From Verrucomicrobiota bacterium (lineage in GTDB: Bacteria > Verrucomicrobiota > Verrucomicrobiia > Limisphaerales > AAA164-E04), in assembly GCA_040264395.1 (NCBI GenBank), contig JBDQII010000001.1, forward strand, positions 1-48,986: 48,986 nt of DNA. Reading direction: 5' to 3'. The notes beneath the pieces are model-generated. The model saw nothing but the letters and a program-made list of their open reading frames with translations. It did no database searches and had not been told where the DNA came from. Every line of letters starts with the position of its first letter. Within the stretch, counting starts at the first letter, position 1. Position numbers and translations under genes: made by a program. Of this stretch, positions 18,633-28,090 are shown piece after piece.

Positions 18633-19232
18633 TTACTGCTGGAGACCCGCACGGACTAGGCGATCCAATTCCACATCATCACCAAGCACCGCCTGTGCCG
18701 CCTTGATGCGCTTTAATGCTTCCTGCTGCTTGTAACCCAACGAGATGAGAGCGGCAACCGCATCGCTCACCTTTTCTTCTCCAGTGCTGGCACCGCGCTC
18801 TTCACTTTTCGCTTCCCAATCCCCTGCTTTGCCGACTTTGTCTTTGAGTTCGACAATGATCCGCTCTGCAGTTTTCTTTCCTAATCCGGGGATACGGGAC
18901 AAAGCTTTGGTGTCATTGTTGGCCACCGCGCCTCGAAACATGGTAGGCGTCATTCCGCTCAGGAGGCTCATGGCAATCTTGGGGCCGATACCACTGACCG
19001 TCTGTACCAGGAGGCGAAACAACTCGCGCTCGTTCTGCGACATGAAACCGTAAAGGATGTGCGCATCTTCACGAATGGCGAGGTGCGTCAGGATGGTAAA
19101 AGACTTGCCAGGCTCAGGAAGCCGATCATAGGAGGAGACGGGTATTTGAATATGGTAACCGACGCCATTCACATCCATGATGACGTAAGTAGGTTGAGCT
19201 TCTACCAGTTTACCTTGCAAATAGGCGATCAT
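18633..19232 (-). CDS. ruvA: Holliday junction branch-migration complex subunit RuvA
   Basis: MIAYLQGKLVE...VIMDVNGVGYHIQIP, HLAIREDAHILYGF, ERELFRLL..VSGIGPK.A, and HhH motifs IPGLGKKTAERIIVELKDK. Confidence 0.93.
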   Translation of the reverse strand: MIAYLQGKLVEAQPTYVIMDVNGVGYHIQIPVSSYDRLPEPGKSFTILTHLAIREDAHILYGFMSQNERELFRLLVQTVSGIGPKIAMSLLSGMTPTMFRGAVANNDTKALSRIPGLGKKTAERIIVELKDKVGKAGDWEAKSEERGASTGEEKVSDAVAALISLGYKQQEALKRIKAAQAVLGDDVELDRLVRAGLQQ

Positions 19233-19255
19233 AAATCATTCAACATTCAGGGCAT

Positions 19256-19855
19256 TCAAATCTGTTTCGGCAAAGTGCCAATGCGACGTCGGCTTTCCTG
19301 AGAAAAAGCAAGCGCCAGAGCAAGAGCATCGGCGGCGTCGGCCTGTGGCACTTCCTCGAGTTTCAACATACGTTGAACCATTTTTGCGACCGCAATTTTT
19401 TGAGCATTCCCATAACCCACAATCGCTAGTTTCACCTTGCGTGGCGCCAGTTCAAAGATATCCAAACCAAAACTCGCGGCCGCCACCATGGCCGCACCAC
19501 GAGCTTCCCCCATCACCAATGCGGTGCGATAGTTTTGAGCATAGAACAAACCTTCGATCGCACAGGCGGTGGGTTGATGTTTCAATATAACTTCACGCAG
19601 CGATTCATGAATGTGAGCCAGGCAACGGCTGACTTTCCAGGAGGTCGGACACTTGATGGTCCCATGATTCAGCGCTTTCGCTTGTTCACTTACCTGCTGA
19701 ATCACGCCATAACCTGTCCCCCTCAGAGAGGGGTCAATGCCGATGATGATCTGATGTTTCTGGGTCGCAGCAGACTGACTGGCATCATCTTCTTTGGATG
19801 ATTTACCAGCAACACGCTTGACCAATTGATCAAATTGTTTCGCACTGACCGCCAT
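19256..19855 (-). CDS. ruvC: Crossover junction endodeoxyribonuclease RuvC, with a ~35-aa N-terminal extension
   Basis: IIGIDPSLRGTGYGVI, AIEGLFYAQN, GEARGA, AVKGYGNAQK-like IVGYGNAQKIAVAKMVQ, and DAADALALAL. Its ATG directly abuts the stop of the upstream DJ-1 gene (TGAATG). Confidence 0.9.
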   Translation of the reverse strand: MAVSAKQFDQLVKRVAGKSSKEDDASQSAATQKHQIIIGIDPSLRGTGYGVIQQVSEQAKALNHGTIKCPTSWKVSRCLAHIHESLREVILKHQPTACAIEGLFYAQNYRTALVMGEARGAAMVAAASFGLDIFELAPRKVKLAIVGYGNAQKIAVAKMVQRMLKLEEVPQADAADALALALAFSQESRRRIGTLPKQI

Positions 19856-20407
19856 TCAGGAGTCGAGATATTTGAAGATGTCGCGATAAAACTCGGCGTG
19901 ACTTTCCCAAGTCTGTGCGGTGATGAAAGGGCCGTCAACGACACTTTGCTTGTTCACCCATTGACCACCGGCCAGCTCAACCTCAAGACGCACATTGCAA
20001 TAACATGTCATCTTGCGTCCCTCACACAAACCTGCCGCAATAAGTACCTGGATGCCATGGCAAATGGCAAACAATCCTTTACCGTCTGTATGGAATTGTT
20101 TGACTAGTTTGACGAGGGATTTGTTATGCCTCAAAAATTCGGGTGCGCGACCACCAATCAATACCATTGCTGTGTAGTCTTTGGCTTTGACCTTGGAGAT
20201 TGCAATGTCAGCGTTGATCAAATAGCCGGGTTTTTCAATGTAGGTGTTCCAGCCCGGAGCAAAATCATGAATCACACCATTGAGCGTCTTTTTTTTGGTA
20301 GCTGCAATAACGGGGATGAGTCCGGCTTCACGAAATCGATAAACGGCATAGAGAATCTCAAAGGACTCACCAGAATCATCGGTAACAATAAGAATTTTTT
20401 TACTCAT
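19856..20407 (-). CDS. DJ-1/PfpI family protein (class I glutamine amidotransferase-like)
   Basis: KILIVTDD..E..E, LIGGRAPE, and the nucleophile elbow FAICHGIQVL. Confidence 0.8.
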   Translation of the reverse strand: MSKKILIVTDDSGESFEILYAVYRFREAGLIPVIAATKKKTLNGVIHDFAPGWNTYIEKPGYLINADIAISKVKAKDYTAMVLIGGRAPEFLRHNKSLVKLVKQFHTDGKGLFAICHGIQVLIAAGLCEGRKMTCYCNVRLEVELAGGQWVNKQSVVDGPFITAQTWESHAEFYRDIFKYLDS

Positions 20408-20468
20408 CGCTTATTAATATAACAGATATTCAGAATGCGTCTTGAGAAATGCGTGGTTCGTCTGCAAC

Positions 20469-21299
20469 TCATCTCCGGGCAAACCACCTGTTGAAGGTGT
20501 CCATGGTGGTTCGAGCTGCCGAATGTGAATCCGGTTTTGGAAATGCCTCTGCAGAAAGATAACCTTGATAATTTATCTGTCGCAGTACGGCTGCGATATC
20601 GGCGTAATCCATCTGTCCGCTGCCTGCGGGCTGACGATGATTATCTACCAGATGCACGTGACCCAACCAGTCACCGTAGGTTCGCAACCCCTTTGCAATG
20701 GACGCCTCCTCGATATTCATGTGGAAAAGATCGGCCAATACCTTGACATTTGCTGGCTGAACCTGATCAAGGAAAGCAACCGTTTCTTCAGCGGTATTTA
20801 ACAAATTACTCTCGTACCGGTTCAATGGTTCATAAAAAACATTCGTTCCAAGAGATCGAGCGTGATTTCCCAAGTCATGCAATGCCTCGGCCAACCATTG
20901 ATGCGCCTGATCTTTGGAAACTTCCCCTCCGTGCCTCCCCTGCATGGAGCCGATAATCACAGGAGCATCGAAACGTGCCGCCGCATCGAGCAAAGCGGTG
21001 ATAAAGCCTTTTGCCTTGGTTCGAATGTCAGCATTTGGATGAGTCAAATGCCATTGATGTCTCACCCATCCACCACCAGTACCAACCGCGGCAATATCAA
21101 GATTCAATTCTTTGGGGATATCAGGAAACACATCCAACTTTAAGGCATCGGCATCAGGAGGGAATATTTCGACTGCGGGAAACCCAAGACTCTTAGCCCG
21201 TTCAGCATTTTTCAGCGGATCATGCCAGTAGACAAAAGGTCCGCCTGCCGCTTCTTTAACCAACGAAATGGTGACACAAGGTTTCATGGAAGACAGCAT
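20469..21299 (-). CDS. Sugar phosphate isomerase/epimerase (xylose isomerase-like TIM barrel)
   Basis: GF.AVEIF, FYEPLNRYESNLLNT.EE, ADLFHMNIEE and HVHLVDN.RQ.PG.G..D match the AP-endonuclease-2 / xylose-isomerase-like barrel pattern. The start is uncertain: ATG at 21299 or 21287, or TTG at 21317. Confidence 0.65.
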   Translation of the reverse strand: MLSSMKPCVTISLVKEAAGGPFVYWHDPLKNAERAKSLGFPAVEIFPPDADALKLDVFPDIPKELNLDIAAVGTGGGWVRHQWHLTHPNADIRTKAKGFITALLDAAARFDAPVIIGSMQGRHGGEVSKDQAHQWLAEALHDLGNHARSLGTNVFYEPLNRYESNLLNTAEETVAFLDQVQPANVKVLADLFHMNIEEASIAKGLRTYGDWLGHVHLVDNHRQPAGSGQMDYADIAAVLRQINYQGYLSAEAFPKPDSHSAARTTMDTFNRWFARR

Positions 21300-21415
21300 G
21301 TCACGACCCCAGCACAAAGGGAAAGAATTATGTGCCGAGATTGATATTTTGCACAGGGCCTTTGATCTCAGGCGTTACCAGAATGGGCCACAATATCGGA
21401 GTAATGCGGAATATT

Positions 21416-22732
21416 TTATTGTTCAAGAGCCAATGTGGGTTTGTTAAGTAAACCAGCATCTAGAGGCGAACCATCCAGAGTATTCAAAAATGCAATTAAA
21501 TCGGCTGCTTCCGACGAAGTCAGATTCAGTGCCTGAAGTGATTCTTCGCGATGCCCTATGGCAGGTGTATCAGCAAGCGTCGAATAAAAATCAATGACTT
21601 CGCGTAGATTTACAAACCTTCCGTCGTGCATGTAGGGGCCCGTGCGAGACACATTTCGTAATGTCGGTGTTTTGAATTCTCCCAGATTGTTATCCTTTTC
21701 GGTGACATAATGAAGCGATCTGTTGGCTTCAAGCGAGGTATCATCACTGAAAAGTCCCTTTCCATTGAATGGATCAAGTTTCAGCTTTTCAATGGCTGGG
21801 TAACGTCCCTGATCCAATGGATTCCCCCCAAGATCCAGACCAATATTATGGAATTCATTGTCAGTAAAATGAGGACCTGAATGGCAGAGGATGCACTGAC
21901 CGCGTCCTACAAACAGAACCAGACCTCGAATCGCCGCAGGCGAGAGTGCTTGCAGATCTTCATCATTCCCCGATCTCAAGCCATGGACAAATTGGTCAAA
22001 CAATGAATCAGTGGAAATGAGCCTTCGCTGATAGGCCTCCATTGATTTGCCAATGTCGCTGAAGACGCGATTGATGACACCCTGATCCTTTACGCTTAAC
22101 GATTGCCACGCTTGATGCATCGTTTCCTCAGGACGTTCGGGAATGGGGCGAGCATCTTGAAACTCGATCTCAGAAGACAAGAGTGGAAGCTCACCGAAGA
22201 CAGATTGATAAAGATCGCGATAGCTTTCAATGCTGCTCAAACGCTGGTATGCACGCAAACGACTCCCTCCCATTTCATGGGGATGTTCAATGGGGTTGAG
22301 TGCTTGTGACCAGAGCGTATCCTTACGACCATCCCAGTAATGCCATCGTTGATACCCCACATTCCAAAGTGTTGGGGCATTCCGAGTCAGCAACTGCAGG
22401 CCTTTGGATAACGGTTTACCATCCGTCCAATCATTGTCCGGTTGATGACAAGTGGCGCAGGCTACTTTCCCATTGATCGATAATCCTGTATCAAAGAATA
22501 ATGCTTGACCCAACAAAGCCGCATCTTCGTTGTCTGCGTGTTGGTTGGTAGGGTTGGGGGATAAGGTCGGCAGAGGTGAGAGTTTGAATATTTCAACCAG
22601 ATTGGTTTCAGACAGAGTAATACCACCCACAGTCATCTCAGACAAAACGGAGGAGACGCCGGCGTCGTATGATTTGCCACATCCCGAGCAGAGGGTAAGC
22701 ACGAACCAAAGGATGACAAACGTTCTACTCAT
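21416..22732 (-). CDS. Di-heme cytochrome c peroxidase / MauG family protein, lipoprotein signal
   Basis: Two CxxCH heme motifs, CATCHQPDNDWTDG and CILCHSGPHFTDNEFHNIG. FKTPTLRNVSRTGPYMHDG. N-terminal LCSGCG lipobox. Confidence 0.9.
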   Translation of the reverse strand: MSRTFVILWFVLTLCSGCGKSYDAGVSSVLSEMTVGGITLSETNLVEIFKLSPLPTLSPNPTNQHADNEDAALLGQALFFDTGLSINGKVACATCHQPDNDWTDGKPLSKGLQLLTRNAPTLWNVGYQRWHYWDGRKDTLWSQALNPIEHPHEMGGSRLRAYQRLSSIESYRDLYQSVFGELPLLSSEIEFQDARPIPERPEETMHQAWQSLSVKDQGVINRVFSDIGKSMEAYQRRLISTDSLFDQFVHGLRSGNDEDLQALSPAAIRGLVLFVGRGQCILCHSGPHFTDNEFHNIGLDLGGNPLDQGRYPAIEKLKLDPFNGKGLFSDDTSLEANRSLHYVTEKDNNLGEFKTPTLRNVSRTGPYMHDGRFVNLREVIDFYSTLADTPAIGHREESLQALNLTSSEAADLIAFLNTLDGSPLDAGLLNKPTLALEQ

Positions 22733-22738
22733 CGAACG

Positions 22739-23161
22739 CTAGAGTGTGAACGCAATGGTCGCTCGATCTGGGATACCATCCTCCATGACATCAATGTATA
22801 ATTCCCATTCCCCGCCCATGTGAAAAAGCAACCCTTTTACTTCGTATTTTCCGGTGGTTACCTTTTGAATTTCTGGTGCCGTATTGATTCCGTGCCCATG
22901 GGAAGGCATGTCGGCATCGACCTTGATTGAAAGCCCCTCCGACAATGCAGAGCCATCTTTTCGCTGAAGGCTCAGGGTCATGTCAACATGTTCATTGCGA
23001 GGGATGGGGCTGGGATCGAAAACACAGGAAACAGCATAAGAAGCACTGACGGTTTCAGTTTCCAGTGGGATGGCGATAGTTTGAGTCGATTGAACCCCAA
23101 CACCACAAGCTGTTAAAATAAGAAGGGCAATTGCTGATATGCTTCTAACGTTCCATTTCAT
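22739..23161 (-). CDS. Small lipoprotein, YtkA/FixH-like beta-sandwich with a His/Met-rich putative metal site
   Basis: Lipobox LTAC. DADMPSHGHGINT followed by GKYEVKGLLFHMGGEWELYIDV resembles YtkA-like domains. Its ATG overlaps the upstream stop (ATGA), and its stop lies 6 nt before the peroxidase start. Confidence 0.55.
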   Translation of the reverse strand: MKWNVRSISAIALLILTACGVGVQSTQTIAIPLETETVSASYAVSCVFDPSPIPRNEHVDMTLSLQRKDGSALSEGLSIKVDADMPSHGHGINTAPEIQKVTTGKYEVKGLLFHMGGEWELYIDVMEDGIPDRATIAFTL

Positions 23162-25371
23162 GTTTTTCTACTTTTGAATATAAACACCATTCCACCGAAA
23201 ATCAATACAAGCACGATCCAGATAAATCCGCTAATGATGCTGGATGGCTCAACAGAATTATCGGCTTTCTGCGTGATGATCGCTTTCGGTGACTGGGCGA
23301 CGGGAACCGGCAAGTCGGGCCCTCTCTCTAAATACCGAAGTGCTATAAATTTACCTCCTGTCAAAGCTTTCTTTGAAACATGAAAACTTTGTTTGCTGCC
23401 TGCAGGAAGAATGGGAATATTAACATCAAGCGTATCAGCTTCACAAAAAGCAAGACTACGGTCACCAGCATTTTTGTCCGGCATGTTGGTGATCGGTTTG
23501 TCTGCCTGTTTGAATCGATAGCGCACCACATTGTTAGGTACTTTCCATTGAACCCTTAGGCCATTTTCAGAATCAATTTCCGTCTCAACAGGCAACCAGC
23601 GCCATATGTATTGGCGCTGAATATGATCCAGTAACCCATCAATGGCATTGTAATCAAGGTGTCTGGTTTCATGATTTTTTAACCATTTTCTGCCTTGGTC
23701 CAGAAGTGGTTTGTCGCCCGTCAAACGATAACCTTCAGCAAAGAGTATGTCATTGGGGTGCCGATGACGATGGACGTGCACAAGCCTTTCAAGTCGATCA
23801 CGCCACTGATCATTTTCTTTTTCTTCCAGCCCGCCCTGATAAATCAACTTGGCGATCAAACGAAAAAAGAACGCTTCAACAACAGATGCATTGTCTGCAT
23901 CCTTCCAGGCTTGGCAACGCTGCTCAAGCAATGACACCACTTTGTCTCTTTTTTCGATGGAGCTGTCCAACAAGTAAGCATCCCATAAATCAATAACGGT
24001 GTTGGGCATGCTGTAACCATCAACCGGATCAATCGCTGAAACTCTCTTCAAAAACAGATCACGTAGGAAAGGATCTCCCGTCATGAAGTGCCATGTGCTG
24101 TAAAGGCTTGCATTAGTGAAAGGATTGTAGGTTTTTTCGTTCAACTCTTGTGAAACCTTTGCGGGCCGAATGGTTCCGGCCAATCTTGACACCCATAAAT
24201 CCATGGCAGCCGTGATGGAGGGTTTGGGTAAAACCTTTTGACTCAATAGACTGTATGCGTATTTTGCTGCTAATTCTCGCGGAATACTCACGGCTTCTGT
24301 TTCCAAGAGACTGTTCTCTTCCGATTTTGGAACGAACATTCCAAGACTGCGAGTGTCATTGTAGGTGTGGTTGGAAATGGCCACTCCGATATGAGGAGCC
24401 AGCATGGTGTTAATGTGTTTGTTATACCCAAAATCGACTTCATGCCACACACGAGACAAAACAATTTGATCAGGCAAAATAGAACCCCTTTGATCATTCA
24501 AGACTTGAGATGTTTTGATAAGGATGCTGTTTTGCTCCGATGCGAGGTGAAATAAGTCTGAGGGAGTATCATTTTTTGATTTGGACAGCCAGGATGGATC
24601 TCGCCGCGTTTGTAGTCGTTTTAAATCAACAAAAGAATGATCACTCCAATCGGCCGCTGACTGATTGGAAGAAGGTAGTCTTATGATTGCTGAATCAATG
24701 GTAACCCCGTGCTGACCTTTGAAAACGCGACACCGCCTGGTAAATTCGTATAAAGTCCCTTCATGGTCATATGCTTCGATGACTGCCACGGTTGCCGTGA
24801 CTGGACCATTGTTTTCGAGTATGACTTCTCTCGATTGTAGCGTCCCAGGGCTTTTGTCGACATGCGACAACTGGATTGAGAAATCTGGTGTCTCCTCTCT
24901 CTCCACCGACTCAAGCATAAGGAGCACATCATCAGCTTGCTTAATGCTGAAGGAACATTTGCCAGTATTCAGCAAAAATCCATCGGACAATTTACTCGCG
25001 ATATTTGATGACTCTCTGGTCTGCTGGCCAGTAGTCAAATGAACTACAGCACGATCCGCCGACGGTTGAACATTGACAACGGCCTCTACCATCAGCCATC
25101 GAACGGAACCGTTCGGCCAATAGCTCAGGGGTCGAAACTGAAAGGAGTCTGCTCCCGCAAGAATCAAATTTTCGAGGTTGATCGGTTCATCGTAGGAAAG
25201 CAATGGAACACCGAAAACCGCGGGAGCTTTTTCGGCTTTAAATGGACCATCATTGTAAATGGCCAAATGGACCATGATATCATGCCCCGCCAATGCTTGA
25301 CTCACAAAACAAGCATTGAATATTACAAGATTGAGGAAAGCAATTCGGAGCTTCCCTTTCATCCGGCACAT
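23158..25371 (-). CDS. Large orphan envelope protein with an N-terminal signal peptide and a C-terminal PEP-CTERM-like anchor
   Basis: The ORF is uninterrupted (746 codons from the TTG at 25398; the ATGs at 25371 and 25362 give MKGKLRIAFLNLVIFNACFVSQALA). The extreme C-terminus is SVEPSS + IISGFIWIVLVLIFGGMVFIF + KSRKT. I recognise no catalytic motif. The N-terminal FGVPLL...FQFRPLSYWPNGSVRW is only vaguely reminiscent of YetA-like polysaccharide lyase N-termini. Confidence 0.7.
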   Translation of the reverse strand: MCRMKGKLRIAFLNLVIFNACFVSQALAGHDIMVHLAIYNDGPFKAEKAPAVFGVPLLSYDEPINLENLILAGADSFQFRPLSYWPNGSVRWLMVEAVVNVQPSADRAVVHLTTGQQTRESSNIASKLSDGFLLNTGKCSFSIKQADDVLLMLESVEREETPDFSIQLSHVDKSPGTLQSREVILENNGPVTATVAVIEAYDHEGTLYEFTRRCRVFKGQHGVTIDSAIIRLPSSNQSAADWSDHSFVDLKRLQTRRDPSWLSKSKNDTPSDLFHLASEQNSILIKTSQVLNDQRGSILPDQIVLSRVWHEVDFGYNKHINTMLAPHIGVAISNHTYNDTRSLGMFVPKSEENSLLETEAVSIPRELAAKYAYSLLSQKVLPKPSITAAMDLWVSRLAGTIRPAKVSQELNEKTYNPFTNASLYSTWHFMTGDPFLRDLFLKRVSAIDPVDGYSMPNTVIDLWDAYLLDSSIEKRDKVVSLLEQRCQAWKDADNASVVEAFFFRLIAKLIYQGGLEEKENDQWRDRLERLVHVHRHRHPNDILFAEGYRLTGDKPLLDQGRKWLKNHETRHLDYNAIDGLLDHIQRQYIWRWLPVETEIDSENGLRVQWKVPNNVVRYRFKQADKPITNMPDKNAGDRSLAFCEADTLDVNIPILPAGSKQSFHVSKKALTGGKFIALRYLERGPDLPVPVAQSPKAIITQKADNSVEPSSIISGFIWIVLVLIFGGMVFIFKSRKT

Positions 25372-25426
25372 CAGACCCGGTGCAAACTTCTTTTGCAAAA
25401 GAATACAACCTCCTAGGAAAAAGGCT

Positions 25427-26176
25427 CTAACGCCTTTGTCTTGGCACAGGCCTCAGTTCGGGAGGGGTGGCAAAGTTGATCCCACGGCCATTGTCGAAAA
25501 TTTCGTACATTCGAGCACCTTGGTGATTCTCAACATGGCCGTCAGCATAAAGGTAATTTGCGCGCCCTGTTGTTTTATCGGCATTCTTCTGGCTGCTTCC
25601 GTGGCGATCAGGTTGGATATCATCAATCACATCCCGCCAAGTCGGCCATCCAGCACGTGAATGCGTATGGTCATGAAGCACATCCATTTGTTGCTCTTCA
25701 GCAATTTCAAATACGATGATGGTCTCGGTCGGAAATTGAAGACGATCCAAGAGATGACCGTGGTCGGGTGGGCGGGCTGCCGGAAATCCTGCAATAGGGC
25801 CAGGCTGTGTCGTCCAGTCATTGATGGGATAACTCGTCCCATTTTTCGAGATACGCTCAAGGGATTTTTTGTCACTGGGACAGGCTCGCACTTCATCACT
25901 GTTACCTACATAGGGCAAAATTGAGCGAATCCATAACTTATTGGCATCGTCATGAAACATATTACTCAGAGGCATATGCCCTTCATTATCATCAGCATAC
26001 ATGATCGTTGCAATGCCAATTTGTCTCATGTTGGATGTGCATTTCACTTGTTTGGCTTTTTCTTTGGCCTGCGAAAGAGCGGGAAGCAACATACCCGCCA
26101 GAATGGCAATGATGGCGATGACAACCAACAACTCGATTAACGTGAATGCGGAACTTTGAAGTTTACGTGTGTGCAT
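25427..26176 (-). CDS. Prepilin-type N-terminal cleavage/methylation domain protein of the H-X9-DG (DUF1559-like) class
   Basis: [34 protein letters not shown] near the N-terminus. C-terminal [10 protein letters not shown] motif. Confidence 0.88.
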   Translation of the reverse strand: MHTRKLQSSAFTLIELLVVIAIIAILAGMLLPALSQAKEKAKQVKCTSNMRQIGIATIMYADDNEGHMPLSNMFHDDANKLWIRSILPYVGNSDEVRACPSDKKSLERISKNGTSYPINDWTTQPGPIAGFPAARPPDHGHLLDRLQFPTETIIVFEIAEEQQMDVLHDHTHSRAGWPTWRDVIDDIQPDRHGSSQKNADKTTGRANYLYADGHVENHQGARMYEIFDNGRGINFATPPELRPVPRQRR

Positions 26177-26535
26177 AACTGTAATGAACAGTGGCGACCC
26201 TACCGTGACAAGGCATAGATCTGATTAAGGATTTTGTAAATTAAAACAGAAATACCCTTATCAATCAAGTCAAATTGCTTCTTATGATTCTTTCAAGAGG
26301 ATTGTTCATTTCAAATTGTATCGATATGGGCAATGAGTCGGCATTGATAAAAAATGAAGCAATAGATTCAACCCGCACGCGCACAATCATGTGCATCAGA
26401 AATTAAATTCACGGGAATGGGTTTGTTGCTAAAAAGCCAGCCCATGAGAATCTGCTTCATCCATAACTCTGATTTCAACGTGATGAAAAGAATTCACTTG
26501 TTCACAAAGTCTGTAAAACTATCATTTGGGTAATC

Positions 26536-27975
26536 ATGAGCAAACATTCGACTAGCCATCGCAAGCCACCGATTACAAGCCACTTTGCAGGTAACCAATG
26601 CATGCAATTAGCCTTGACCTTATTGAGTATGACGATAATGGCTTTCAACCTGTGGGCTGGCGACAAACCTAATTTTCTGTTTATTATTGCGGATGATTGC
26701 ACCTATACCGACCTGGAGATATACGGTGGTCAGGCAAAAACACCTCACCTGAATAGGCTGGCCAAGGAAGGCATGATGTTTTCGAAGTGCTTTCAGGCAG
26801 CACCCATGTGTTCTCCTACGCGCCACTGTCTGTATACCGGGATCTATCCCGTCAAATCCGGAGCTCATCCAAACCACACTTTTGTAAAACCTGGAACAAA
26901 AAGTATCGCCCATTATTTAAAAGCTGCCGGTTATCGAGTCGCCTTGAGTGGAAAATCTCACATCAATCCGCCAGCATCTTTTCCCTTTGAATATTCCAAT
27001 GCAAAAGGCAAAGAAGGTGGTGCAGGTAATCCGAACATGGAGGCACTCGATTCTCTATTTAAGCAGGCTGTGCAGGCGACCCAGCCGGTGGCAGCGTTTG
27101 TTTGCTCCAATGAACCTCATACTCCTTACAACAAGGGGAACCCTTCCGCTTACCCAATCGATCAACTCCAACTACCGCCTCACTACGTGGATACATTAGA
27201 AACGCGCACGGAGTTTTCAAAGTATCTCGCCGAGATTACTTATTTTGATAAACAAGTGGGCCAGTGCCTGCGCCTGCTTGAAAAACATGGTCTGGAAAAA
27301 AACACTTTGGTCATGGTCGTGAGTGAACAAGGCAATGCTTTCCCGTTTGCCAAATGGACGTGCTATGACAAAGGCCTGCAAAGCGGCATGATTGTTCGTT
27401 GGCCGGGAAAAATCAAACCTGACAGTCAATCGAATGCCATGGTGGAATATGTGGATATCGTTCCAACGTTCATCCAAGCCGCTGGTTTGAAATTCCCCCC
27501 ACATCTTGAGGGACAATCGTTTATTCCCGTTCTGAGAGGCTGGACCAAGGTACATAAACAATACAGCTTCGGCCTTCAAACCACACGGGGTATTAACCAT
27601 GGGTCTGAATGTTATGGCATACGGACCGTCCGGTCTGATCGTTTTCGCTACATCAGGAATTTAAGCTCTGAGATCTCCTTTCAAAATACCATGATGCGAA
27701 GTGATTGGTGGAAATCCTGGCAACGAAAGGCAGGCAACGGTAATGATCACGCTCGGCAAATGGTGCTTCGATTTCAGGAGCGCCCAACTGAAGAACTTTA
27801 TGATTCTCTAAATGATCCGTGGAATTTGAATAACCTGGCCAATCAACCGGAGTTTCAGGATCAGAAAAAACAACTTTCAGCTATTCTAGATGTATGGATG
27901 AACAATCAGGGTGATCAGGGGCAGGCAACAGAATTATCCGCCAGGGAACGTCAGTGGAGAAACCGAAAGCGATAA
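26536..27975 (+). CDS. Sulfatase (formylglycine-dependent), secreted
   Basis: KPNFLFIIADD, catalytic CSPTRHCLYTGIYP, GKSH and SEQGN motifs. Signal-like MQLALTLLSMTIMAFNLWA. An alternative start lies at 26602. Confidence 0.9.
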   Translation: MSKHSTSHRKPPITSHFAGNQCMQLALTLLSMTIMAFNLWAGDKPNFLFIIADDCTYTDLEIYGGQAKTPHLNRLAKEGMMFSKCFQAAPMCSPTRHCLYTGIYPVKSGAHPNHTFVKPGTKSIAHYLKAAGYRVALSGKSHINPPASFPFEYSNAKGKEGGAGNPNMEALDSLFKQAVQATQPVAAFVCSNEPHTPYNKGNPSAYPIDQLQLPPHYVDTLETRTEFSKYLAEITYFDKQVGQCLRLLEKHGLEKNTLVMVVSEQGNAFPFAKWTCYDKGLQSGMIVRWPGKIKPDSQSNAMVEYVDIVPTFIQAAGLKFPPHLEGQSFIPVLRGWTKVHKQYSFGLQTTRGINHGSECYGIRTVRSDRFRYIRNLSSEISFQNTMMRSDWWKSWQRKAGNGNDHARQMVLRFQERPTEELYDSLNDPWNLNNLANQPEFQDQKKQLSAILDVWMNNQGDQGQATELSARERQWRNRKR

Positions 27976-28090
27976 GGCTTCTCATAAGACGCCCCGGTGG
28001 ACATCAGGACACGCGAATTTGGATCGAATATTCACTGTTGGGCCAACTTCCGTGGGGTATCCGTATTGCGTTATCTTTAAGCAGCTCTAT

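Noticed and set aside
26177-26535. An AT-rich 360-bp divergent spacer between the prepilin-like gene and the sulfatase gene, which I examined for promoters, operators or a small gene.
   Set aside because: I found no clear -35/-10 pair, palindrome or coding signal. It is probably just a shared promoter region.
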